33,063 nucleotides of DNA, from contig CAZIDP010000053.1 in assembly GCA_964537975.1 (NCBI GenBank), positions 1 through 33,063 of the forward strand. Reading direction: 5' to 3'. Every line of letters starts with the position of its first letter. Position 1 is the stretch's first letter. Positions 9,413-18,231 of this stretch are shown here, piece by piece. The notes beneath the pieces were generated by a model. The model saw only the letters and a list, made by a program, of their open reading frames with translations, was not told the origin of the DNA and did no database searches. The stretch is from an uncultured Nitrospirales bacterium. GTDB taxonomy: Bacteria > Hydrogenedentota > Hydrogenedentia > Hydrogenedentales > SCBR16-9. The position numbers and the translations under genes were made by a program.

Positions 9413-9585
9413 TTTTGCGTTAAATTCTGATGTGTTTTTCGAAGACCACACAAATAAAGTGATTGCTATATTTTAAACACATTTAAATGATGCTGTTTTA
9501 TTTATATAGTGGTATATTTATTCATCGAAAAACATAAATTTTCCTTGGCAAAATCACCCATGTTGTATTCTGTTTAACGCAAAAC
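9413..9585. repeat. 13-bp inverted repeat GTTTTGCGTTAAA (9413-9425) / TTTAACGCAAAAC (9573-9585) enclosing 147 bp of AT-rich non-coding DNA
   Basis: The 13 nt are exact reverse complements. Located between the HTH gene and the lipoprotein gene. Confidence 0.5.
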
Positions 9586-9641
9586 AAATACTCACAATGT
9601 GTATACCGTGAGTAATTTGTTGCACAAAACAGTATAGCCGT

Positions 9642-10937
9642 ATGATTTTTAAGGTTGTAAACTGTTGGGAGACTTTAAAACTAATGACAAATCATTATAA
9701 TACACCCGATTTTTTATCCATAGTTACCAGCATAAAAACGATCAGGATTGTATTTACTTCTGTAGTAATCTTAGGGTGTATTTTTTTAATGGCTGTAGTG
9801 ACCAGTGGTTGCGGAAGCCATGAAACGACAATTGAAATCACTGAACAACGGGAAATCACGCAGCCAGCCACGCCACCAGTTGCACTTTCAGAGTCAGAAC
9901 GTTTCGGATTTGATGTAACACCATCAACGGCACCAACACAGGCAGGCAGCATGTCACACGTTGATGAAAACGCACCGCATTACCATTGGACCACACCCAC
10001 TGGTTGGTCAGAATTGCCACCTACCCCACTCCGATTGGTTAATCTGCTGGTAGCCGGTAATGAAGTTGCAGAGTGTTATTTTACCGTGTTGCCTGGTGGA
10101 GGCGGTGGTATTACTGCGAACATAAATCGTTGGAGAGCACAGATGGGGTTGCCCCCCATGGAAGAAAGTGACATTGATGATTTACCAAAGGCCAGCTTAC
10201 TGGACTTGGAAGCAGTGTATATTGAATTGGATGGTACTTTTTCAGGCATGCGCGGCGAGTTAACTGAACCTGATTTTCGTATGGTTGGACTTATCGCTGA
10301 AGACGCTGCCAACGCTTACTTCATCAAGATGACCGGGCCTCAAGAATTGATATTATCAGAAATGGGGCAATTTCAAGTTTTTGTCGATTCATTGCATACC
10401 CATCACGGACAACATAGTCCTGTTGAGAGTACTGTGTCACCTCAAATGCAATCTGGTGTTGAAGCTTCACTTCCTGCTGGTCATCCACCCATTTCTGCTG
10501 AGCCCTCAGAAAACGACCTGAGCCAGATAAAGTGGATTGCCCCGGAACACTGGACCCGCGGTGCAGACAGAGTCATGCGTCTTGTGACCTACACCATAGG
10601 TGATAGTCAATGCTATGTCACAGTGCTGGCTGGTAGTGGAGGTGGCGTTGAAGCCAACATCAACCGCTGGCGCAGCCAGATGGCTCAGGAACCATTGTCA
10701 GAAATTGAAATAGCAGATTTGCCGTCCTTCTCGATGTTGGATCAAGAAGCCATTTATGTAGAGATTGAAGGGGATTATACGGGGATGACCGGACCGACAC
10801 AGCCTGAGGCTATGTTGTTGGGTGCAATATTATTATTGGAGGATAGTTCTCTATTTATATTAATGGTCGGCCCAAAACAAGAAATCCAGGATGAAGTAGA
10901 ACACTTTAAAGCTTATTGTCAGTCATTTCATTGGTGA
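9642..10937 (+). CDS. lipoprotein with an internal tandem duplication of a roughly 140 aa domain (repeat 1 about 9978-10397, repeat 2 about 10524-10934); unknown function; likely first gene of an operon with ccsB-ccsA
   Basis: Signal peptide with lipobox (...LMAVVTSGC). The true start may be the Met at 9684. The two repeats align throughout (W..P..W....RLV....ECYFTVLPGGGGG.ANINRWR.QM...P....I.DLP..S.LD.EA.Y.E..G...GM.G...). The stop lies 20 bp before the ccsB start. Confidence 0.8.
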   Translation: MIFKVVNCWETLKLMTNHYNTPDFLSIVTSIKTIRIVFTSVVILGCIFLMAVVTSGCGSHETTIEITEQREITQPATPPVALSESERFGFDVTPSTAPTQAGSMSHVDENAPHYHWTTPTGWSELPPTPLRLVNLLVAGNEVAECYFTVLPGGGGGITANINRWRAQMGLPPMEESDIDDLPKASLLDLEAVYIELDGTFSGMRGELTEPDFRMVGLIAEDAANAYFIKMTGPQELILSEMGQFQVFVDSLHTHHGQHSPVESTVSPQMQSGVEASLPAGHPPISAEPSENDLSQIKWIAPEHWTRGADRVMRLVTYTIGDSQCYVTVLAGSGGGVEANINRWRSQMAQEPLSEIEIADLPSFSMLDQEAIYVEIEGDYTGMTGPTQPEAMLLGAILLLEDSSLFILMVGPKQEIQDEVEHFKAYCQSFHW

Positions 10938-10957
10938 AGTAACAGGAAAGCATTCTG

Positions 10958-12166
10958 ATGGAAATATCGTCTGTTCCCCGCGTTTTATTTAAATTTTTCA
11001 GTTCCTATGGTTTTGCTGTTGTAATCATGACCTTGCTTCTCGTGCTGACATTCTTTGGCACCCTGGAGCAGATTGAGTATGGTTTATATGATGTTCAACA
11101 CAAATACTTCAATTCGCCGTTTCTGGTACATTGGATGTTTGGTATAGTACCGATTCCCATGCCAGGAGGTTACCTTCTCATGGGTTTGTTGACAATCAAT
11201 CTGACCTGTGGTGCCTTAATTAAGGCGCGAAAAGATTGGCGACGTCCAGGCATGTTAATCGCGCATAGCGGTATATTACTGCTTATTTTAGGTGGTTTCG
11301 TCACATATCATTATTCTATTGATGGCCATATGACACTTTTTGAGGGTGAAATATCCGATGAAGTGGTGAGCTATTATGAATGGGAGCTATTAATCACTGA
11401 ATTAGAAAACGAGCGACCCAGCAGCCAATGGGTCATACCGGGTGAAAAATTTACTGGCATGAGAGATGCCGGTGTTACATTAACTTCTTCAGAGCTTCCC
11501 TTCGATTTAAAAATCGAAGGTTTTATGCGTAATTCTGTTCCCCGACCAACCTCTGGGACCAACCATTCTGTTGGAAACGTAGAGCTGGTTCCATTACCCA
11601 CAGAAATTGAAGCAGAACGTAATATTGCAGGAATGTACGCAACGGTTGAAGACACTACTTCTGGAGGAACACAAGCCGGTGTTTTGTGGGGGTATCATAT
11701 AGCAACCTGGCTACCTGCCAGTGAAGATGGACGGTTTCGGGCTATTCCACCCTGGCGTATTCAGGCAGGAGAGCGTGACTTCACCATTCAACTCCAACAC
11801 AAGCGCTGGAAAGTACCATTTTCGATTGTTCTAGATAAATTCACCAGAGACCTACATCCAAGAACTCAAATGGCAGCAAACTTCCAGAGTTCGGTAACAA
11901 AAATCGAAAACGGGAATCATCGGCAAATTGAGATTAAAATGAACGAACCACTCCGCCACCGTGGATACACATTTTTTCAAGCTTCCTGGGGGCCTGAAGG
12001 TGCCGGACCCAATGAACCTCTGTTTTCGACTTTTGCCGTGGTTATGAACCCAGCAGATCAATGGCCAAAATATGCATGTTATGTAATTGCGTTTGGCCTG
12101 ATCATACATTTCCTGCAAAAGCTGACAACATACCTGAAGCGTGAGCAACGGAGAACCAGCGCATGA
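10958..12166 (+). CDS. ccsB: cytochrome c biogenesis protein CcsB/ResB (System II)
   Basis: N-terminal TM helices, large periplasmic domain and C-terminal TM helix. RBS AGGAAAG upstream. The stop overlaps the ccsA start (ATGA). Confidence 0.8.
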   Translation: MEISSVPRVLFKFFSSYGFAVVIMTLLLVLTFFGTLEQIEYGLYDVQHKYFNSPFLVHWMFGIVPIPMPGGYLLMGLLTINLTCGALIKARKDWRRPGMLIAHSGILLLILGGFVTYHYSIDGHMTLFEGEISDEVVSYYEWELLITELENERPSSQWVIPGEKFTGMRDAGVTLTSSELPFDLKIEGFMRNSVPRPTSGTNHSVGNVELVPLPTEIEAERNIAGMYATVEDTTSGGTQAGVLWGYHIATWLPASEDGRFRAIPPWRIQAGERDFTIQLQHKRWKVPFSIVLDKFTRDLHPRTQMAANFQSSVTKIENGNHRQIEIKMNEPLRHRGYTFFQASWGPEGAGPNEPLFSTFAVVMNPADQWPKYACYVIAFGLIIHFLQKLTTYLKREQRRTSA

Positions 12167-14199
12167 CCAGTCGTCCATCTATAGCTAGTATCTACATGCC
12201 CTTGGCGTTGGCAATCGGTTTAATTTATTTTATAGTTTTTATGTTGATGCCACAAGCTCAAGCCTATTCAACCTATGACGGACCCACTGTACCACGTTGG
12301 GACCAGGCAACGGTCGACCTGTTTATGTCGCTACCCGTGCAGGAAAGTGGACGGATAAAACCCTTGGATACCTATGCGCAGTTTACCATGCTTCGCATAA
12401 ATGGCAAACGTTCTTTTACAACACCAGACGGTAGCCGGATTGGCCCTACGGAATGGTTGATGGATATTTTATTTTATCCTGAAATCGCCCAGCATTATCC
12501 GACATTCATTGTGAACAACGCAGAATCCGTTGTGGCAATTGGGGTGTCTGCGCATCAGGAAAGAAGAGACCGATATTCATATGCCGAATTGGCACAAGCA
12601 CGAACGCGTATGATGCAGGTCGCACGCGAGTACACAGAAATTGATGTCAAGCATCGCACGCCAGTTGAACAAGAAATCATTAATCTGGCGCAAAACTTGA
12701 TGCAATTTGAGCAAATACTTCACTTTATGGACTTTTCTGAACACCGCTTTTTCGTTGAAGGTGGTGCCCTGGTGAGTGCTGCTTTTCCGGAGCCTGATGG
12801 TGTTGCACTGAGTACTATCTTAAAACGCATGCCAGACCTGATGAATACCTTGCGTGATCAAGCAGAAGCACTGGGCGATGACGCCCTGGACCAGGAGATC
12901 GTGGCATTAAGTACATTGATGTCGGAATTGGATACTGTGGCACGATTCGCTCAGGGCATTCCCCTGTTTCCAGGACTGAGTGAGGATATGCCAGAGTGGT
13001 TGACTCCAGCCGATTTAACTGCTGCCGCTTTTGCTTTTGTGCAACCTCATGACGAACACATAGCCTTGCTCGCACAATTGGAATTGTTAAAAACATCACG
13101 TGACGATCGCATTCAGTTCAAAGAAAACCTAACAAATTTCCATCTTAATATTACTACCATGGCCGATGCCCGCGGTGAATATGCCAAAGTTCCGTTGGAA
13201 GTATTCTTCTACCGTTGGCAGTTTTTATTCTGGAGCCAATGGCTTTATGTGCTTTGCTTTTTATTGGCAGCATTCTATTGGTTGATGCCCCGGGTGCAAT
13301 GGTTACACAGAATATTACCCTATGCATTGTTGACCCCAACAGTTTTGTTGACTATTGGCATCATATTGCGTTGCATCATCCGTAGCCGTCCCCCGGTATC
13401 CACGTTGTATGAAACCATTCTCTTCATCACTGTGGTAGCTGTCATCATTGCCATTATCATAGAATTTATAAATCGGCAGGGTATCTCTGGTTCTGTGGGC
13501 GCATTTCTGGGGAGTCTCGGACTCTTTCTTGCCTTCCGGTATGAAGCCAAGGAGGGCGTCGACACCATGCCCAGTCTGATTGCTGTGTTGGATACGAACT
13601 TCTGGTTATCTACCCATGTCACAACGATTACAATTGGTTACGCTGCCGGACTGCTTGCTGCAGCATTGGCTCATCTCTACATTATTGGTAAATTGTTCCG
13701 GATAAAGGTTGAAGATAAAGCGCAGTATAAAAACATTACACGTATGACCTATGGCGTGGTGTGCTTTGGCCTGTTGTTTTCAGTTGTAGGCACGATATTG
13801 GGTGGGATATGGGCAAATGACAGTTGGGGACGTTTTTGGGGATGGGACCCGAAAGAGAATGGCGCATTGATGATTTGTTTGTGGAGCCTGGTAATTCTTC
13901 ATGCACGAATGGGTGGTTACATACGTGACCTGGGAATTGCAATATCGTCTATCGTATTAGGGATGATTGTGGTATTTTCATGGTGGGGGGTGAACTTGCT
14001 GGGAGTCGGTTTGCACAGTTATGGGTTCACCAGTGGTGTAATGAATGTACTGGCTGTGTTCTGGATGCTTCAAAGTATTGTTATTGCATTGGGCGTGTAT
14101 GTTTGGTTACGTGATACAGGTGAAACGTTAGAAAAGAAAGAACAAAAAAAGTCACTGAAACAAGCAGCCGAAAATGAAGAAATTGATGCAAACGCATGA
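12163..14199 (+). CDS. ccsA: cytochrome c-type biogenesis protein CcsA (heme handling, System II) with a roughly 330 aa N-terminal periplasmic extension
   Basis: Trp-rich heme-handling signature WANDSWGRFWGWDPKENG plus multiple TM helices in the C-terminal half. Translationally coupled to ccsB. Confidence 0.9.
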   Translation: MTSRPSIASIYMPLALAIGLIYFIVFMLMPQAQAYSTYDGPTVPRWDQATVDLFMSLPVQESGRIKPLDTYAQFTMLRINGKRSFTTPDGSRIGPTEWLMDILFYPEIAQHYPTFIVNNAESVVAIGVSAHQERRDRYSYAELAQARTRMMQVAREYTEIDVKHRTPVEQEIINLAQNLMQFEQILHFMDFSEHRFFVEGGALVSAAFPEPDGVALSTILKRMPDLMNTLRDQAEALGDDALDQEIVALSTLMSELDTVARFAQGIPLFPGLSEDMPEWLTPADLTAAAFAFVQPHDEHIALLAQLELLKTSRDDRIQFKENLTNFHLNITTMADARGEYAKVPLEVFFYRWQFLFWSQWLYVLCFLLAAFYWLMPRVQWLHRILPYALLTPTVLLTIGIILRCIIRSRPPVSTLYETILFITVVAVIIAIIIEFINRQGISGSVGAFLGSLGLFLAFRYEAKEGVDTMPSLIAVLDTNFWLSTHVTTITIGYAAGLLAAALAHLYIIGKLFRIKVEDKAQYKNITRMTYGVVCFGLLFSVVGTILGGIWANDSWGRFWGWDPKENGALMICLWSLVILHARMGGYIRDLGIAISSIVLGMIVVFSWWGVNLLGVGLHSYGFTSGVMNVLAVFWMLQSIVIALGVYVWLRDTGETLEKKEQKKSLKQAAENEEIDANA

Positions 14200-14298
14200 A
14201 ATGAACATGGTTCCGTTTGAAAACTTGTAGTTAGAAAATAATTGTCTAAAAAACTTTACTTAGTCACAATTCACAATTGCTTTAACAGGAATTAATAC

Positions 14299-15336
14299 AT
14301 GGGGGAAATGAATAATCATTCGGTTGAAAAGCCACTTCTGGCCATTACCATGGGAGACACCAATGGTATCGGGCCTGAGATTCTCGCGAAAGCATTGGTT
14401 CGCCCGGAGCTTGGAGCATGGTGCTGTCCACTCGTCGTTGGGTGTGCGACCATTTTGCGCGATGAACTGAATAAATTGAACGCGTCATGCAAGGTAATTT
14501 TGGTAGATAATCCCCTGACAGCATTGGAGAATGAACCAGATCGGGTATATATCACTGATTGCGGATACACAGCTCCCCCACGACGACCCGGTGTATTGGA
14601 CGCTGCCGTTGGTAGTTGTGTGCTTGAATGGATACACCAGGCAACACAATGGGCTATGGACAGCATAGTACAAGGTATTGTTACCGGGCCAATAAATAAA
14701 GAAGCAATACATCTCGCAGGTTCCCCTTTTCAGGGACATACCGACTATATTGCAGACATGACCGGCACTCAGGACTACCGCATGTGCTTGTTTACAGATA
14801 CCATGCGAATTGTACATATTACTGGGCATCTCTCATTACGGGATGCGTTAGACCAGGTAAAGCGGGACCGCATTATAAAATCAATACAAATTGGCCACGA
14901 TGCACTCTGTCGAATGGGATTAACCAGTCCACGAATTGCAGTTGCCGGTTTGAACCCACATGCAGGAGAAGCGGGCAGATTTGGCCGGGAAGAAATTGAA
15001 GAAATACTACCTGCAATCAAAGCTTGCCAATCCGAAGGTATAGTCTGTTCCGGTCCGTACCCACCTGATACCTTGTTTGGCCGTATGCGTGATGGGGAAT
15101 TTGATATGGTCATTGCCATGTACCACGATCAAGGTCATATACCTTTAAAACTCATTGCTATGGACGAAGGCGTAAATGTAACACTGGGTATACCCATTGT
15201 ACGCACTTCTGTTGATCATGGTACCGCATTTGATATTGCAGGCAAAGGTATTGCTCGTGAAGACAGCCTGTGCGCAGCAGTTAAATTTGCAGCCCAGTTA
15301 TCCGGGCAACGGCATTACGGAAACAAGAACACATGA
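14299..15336 (+). CDS. pdxA: 4-hydroxythreonine-4-phosphate dehydrogenase
   Basis: PdxA N-terminus LLAITMGDTNGIGPEI, conserved length and HTDY.../GLNPHAGE blocks. Confidence 0.9.
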   Translation: MGEMNNHSVEKPLLAITMGDTNGIGPEILAKALVRPELGAWCCPLVVGCATILRDELNKLNASCKVILVDNPLTALENEPDRVYITDCGYTAPPRRPGVLDAAVGSCVLEWIHQATQWAMDSIVQGIVTGPINKEAIHLAGSPFQGHTDYIADMTGTQDYRMCLFTDTMRIVHITGHLSLRDALDQVKRDRIIKSIQIGHDALCRMGLTSPRIAVAGLNPHAGEAGRFGREEIEEILPAIKACQSEGIVCSGPYPPDTLFGRMRDGEFDMVIAMYHDQGHIPLKLIAMDEGVNVTLGIPIVRTSVDHGTAFDIAGKGIAREDSLCAAVKFAAQLSGQRHYGNKNT

Positions 15337-16598
15337 CATTACCTGCCTCAATCCGATTTACTTCAGTATTTTTACTGATGCTGATACTGTTTCAAAGTTT
15401 ATCCTATGCGCAAAACCGCACTTTTTCTGTTCGATCTCGCTTGTTTCCTGTAGGCCCGAATCCATCCGCCATTGTAGTCCATGATATGAATGACAATGGA
15501 ATTTTAGATATCATTACAGCAGATAGAGGAGAATTGGTTGATGTTCGTGAAGAACGTCCTGCAAATGACGAGTTATCACTTTTGGTTGGTCAAGGGGACT
15601 TAAACTACATCAAGCATCATCCTTCCTTAAAAACAGGCTTTGCCCCTTATGCTATCGCAATTGCCAACATTGATGCTATACGCTGGCCTGACATCATAGT
15701 AACCAGTTTTCATGCAGTGCGGGGGCGGCATATAAGTCTCTTCTTAAATTTGCACCATGAAAATGTATTTCAGCCAGTGAATATTTCTATACCAGAAGAT
15801 GGTCTTGGTTATTACCGGCATCTGGACAGCGACCATAGTCCATTGTTTACCAAGCCAGGTCTTACTTCACTCGCAGTGCGTGATATTAACAATGATGGCT
15901 ACCGAGACATTATAGCCACAGGATGGTCCAGCGATGTAATTGTCTACCTGCCAGGTCAAGCAGATAATTTTTTTGGTGAACCGAGTTTTATTTCTGCAAG
16001 AGGCGGACCACGCGATCTACAGCTCGCCGATTTGAATGGAAATGGGCATCTGGATATTGTATCAACACTTTACAGTAGTGATGAAGTTGCGTTTTGGCAA
16101 GGTGATGGCAGAGGTAATTTTACAAAAACAAACCGTTTTCAAACCCGCGGACGCCTTCCAAACAAGGTACGGGTTGCCGATATGAATGGAAATGGCCGCC
16201 TGGACATCATAATCGGGCACCGCCACACAGACGACTCAATTGTCATATTCTATAATGATGGAAATATGCAATTCAGCACATCCCAGGAAATAATGCTGGG
16301 TACCGACAGAGAAATACTGGAACACGACATACGAGATATTGTCATTGCTGACCTTGATAACAATGGACGCATGGACATTGCGGCAGCCTGTTCTGCTTCT
16401 GCCAAAATAGTGATTTTGCTTAACCAGACTTCAGGTAACAACGGTGGTATTACTGTCAGACGAGAAGATTACAGCTTTCCCGAAGGCACCCCACATGCCC
16501 TGGCTGCGGGTGATCTCAATAACAATGGCAGAATCGATTTGGCAGTCACTTTGTGGGATGTCAATGCTGTCGGTATTTTGATCAATCAAGGACAGTAA
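15333..16598 (+). CDS. secreted FG-GAP/VCBS-repeat beta-propeller protein
   Basis: Signal peptide, then at least 7 DxNxDGxxD calcium-binding-loop repeats (DMNDNGILDI, DINNDGYRDI, DLNGNGHLDI, DMNGNGRLDI, DLDNNGRMDI, DLNNNGRIDL). The ATG overlaps the pdxA stop (ATGA). Confidence 0.8.
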   Translation: MTLPASIRFTSVFLLMLILFQSLSYAQNRTFSVRSRLFPVGPNPSAIVVHDMNDNGILDIITADRGELVDVREERPANDELSLLVGQGDLNYIKHHPSLKTGFAPYAIAIANIDAIRWPDIIVTSFHAVRGRHISLFLNLHHENVFQPVNISIPEDGLGYYRHLDSDHSPLFTKPGLTSLAVRDINNDGYRDIIATGWSSDVIVYLPGQADNFFGEPSFISARGGPRDLQLADLNGNGHLDIVSTLYSSDEVAFWQGDGRGNFTKTNRFQTRGRLPNKVRVADMNGNGRLDIIIGHRHTDDSIVIFYNDGNMQFSTSQEIMLGTDREILEHDIRDIVIADLDNNGRMDIAAACSASAKIVILLNQTSGNNGGITVRREDYSFPEGTPHALAAGDLNNNGRIDLAVTLWDVNAVGILINQGQ

Positions 16599-16674
16599 AA
16601 TCATTGATAATATCAACAGCAAATAGTTATTCATTTCTACAGGCTCTTGTTATAAATATTCATACCTCTTATTA

Positions 16675-18057
16675 TCACGGACTGTAATAATTGTAGGTTA
16701 ATTTACTACGAAGATAGTGGTCTTTCTCCCACAATCTGGGTTGATTGGGTCTCGGGTTTGGCTCCGGATTATGAAAAATACGTAAAGAATTCCCTTGCAG
16801 GATTATGACTTCTTCCCGCCAATCTCCTGAAACATCGGCAATGTAAAGTCGATCTGCTTTGACGGAAAAGCGCTGTATGAATTCGCCGGTTATTGGATCG
16901 AAAATACAGACATCGCCCACAGTATGGCGCTCTTTTGCAGCAGCCAACTGCTTTTCTGCTCCGGTCCAGTCAATTGTATTAATAACTTCAACTCCTCCTT
17001 CCGACCAGCCCTCGGGAGCCACATTGTCCATCTCGTATTGGGAGACGAATTCGCCAAACGCATCCAGGACAAATGGTTTCTGATTGGTATTGAACCGGCT
17101 ACGATTCCAGATTTCAAGTCCTTGCCGTGCTGGATCAAAGTTTCCAACGGCTATGTTTTGCGGTTCCCATCCCTGGTAGTTACTTTCCCATATCAGGCCT
17201 TCATGATTATAGAGGAACACACGATGCGGTGCTCCTTGTGACGCGGCAACATTGGCTTCTTCCACCGAAACGACTTGCAAGCCTGGTATATTATCTCGTA
17301 CTTTGGCAACACTTAGCGAATCCAGGTGAGCACCATGACCAGGCAGCTTTATCTCAAAAAGCTTTTCACCATCAGGACTGATGATAGAACCACCCAGTGC
17401 GTAATGCCTGCCTGTCCCATCCAAATCTGCAATACGTACTCCGTTGTGACGACAAGACAAAAAATCGTCTCGAGTCCATAATGGAGTATAGTGTCCCTGT
17501 CTTAAATCATCTACAGCATAGGCGTGCAGAAAGCGTCCTTTTAGTGATGCATCTTCAAAACCTTGCAGAATGACATCATTATTTTCTGCACCACGCAAGT
17601 TGGCAATGACCACTACATCCCATCGTTTTATAGCTTCGGGTAGTGGTGGCGATGCAGCCCACAGCAATTCACCAGATTCGCCATCTAAAACATGTAAATC
17701 CCCACCATAGGTTAAATAAAGGAGTTCCGTTTTACCATTACTATCAATATCCCCAGCAATTACACCTGGCGCATGATTTCCTGGTAGCTCATGACTTTTA
17801 ATTTGGATATCAGTTTGTCTTATCCACAGTTTGCTGCCATCATGCGCGTAAGCAGCTATATGTCCTGCTACTGTAACTACATAATCCATGAGTCCATCGT
17901 TATTGATGTCTGCAACAATTATTCCCCCATCTTGATTCTCAGGTGCTGGAATTTCCATAGTAATTTCAAAAGGGTTTTGCTCATATTGAGGCCAATCTGC
18001 ATAAACCATAGGCAGCAATAGTATTGTTCCGATAAAGAATGTAATACCGTGTTTCAA
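16675..18057 (-). CDS. secreted beta-propeller protein resembling polysaccharide lyase family 11 (rhamnogalacturonan lyase YesW/YesX-like); TTG start with GGAG RBS
   Basis: Repeated DxDxDG loops (VADINNDGLMDY, AGDIDSNGKTEL, IADLDGTGRHY) and the block IADVSGDWREEVIILQGNSLRIF, which closely matches the PL11 motif DLLGDWREEVVWRTEDSSALRIY. C-terminal ...LTYNYYSP resembles the PL11 AYNQPP tail. Confidence 0.65.
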   Translation of the reverse strand: MKHGITFFIGTILLLPMVYADWPQYEQNPFEITMEIPAPENQDGGIIVADINNDGLMDYVVTVAGHIAAYAHDGSKLWIRQTDIQIKSHELPGNHAPGVIAGDIDSNGKTELLYLTYGGDLHVLDGESGELLWAASPPLPEAIKRWDVVVIANLRGAENNDVILQGFEDASLKGRFLHAYAVDDLRQGHYTPLWTRDDFLSCRHNGVRIADLDGTGRHYALGGSIISPDGEKLFEIKLPGHGAHLDSLSVAKVRDNIPGLQVVSVEEANVAASQGAPHRVFLYNHEGLIWESNYQGWEPQNIAVGNFDPARQGLEIWNRSRFNTNQKPFVLDAFGEFVSQYEMDNVAPEGWSEGGVEVINTIDWTGAEKQLAAAKERHTVGDVCIFDPITGEFIQRFSVKADRLYIADVSGDWREEVIILQGNSLRIFHNPEPNPRPNQPRLWEKDHYLRSKLTYNYYSP

Positions 18058-18231
18058 AGGTCAATTCTCCAATTAATTCATTATGGCAACAGGTAATAAA
18101 TACAATAAATCATGAACTATATTATACGCAATGCAACATAATAGTTCCTCATGTATTCGGCATAGTACACAACTGATATTTGACCTTACTTAGGCACCAA
18201 AAACATGACGGCAGTACAGCCCTGGTCAATT

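Noticed and set aside
9242-9476. Two overlapping 62-64 aa ORFs in the AT-rich spacer after the HTH gene
   Set aside because: They are low-complexity and AT-driven with no RBS. The region is better explained as non-coding DNA carrying the 13-bp inverted repeat.
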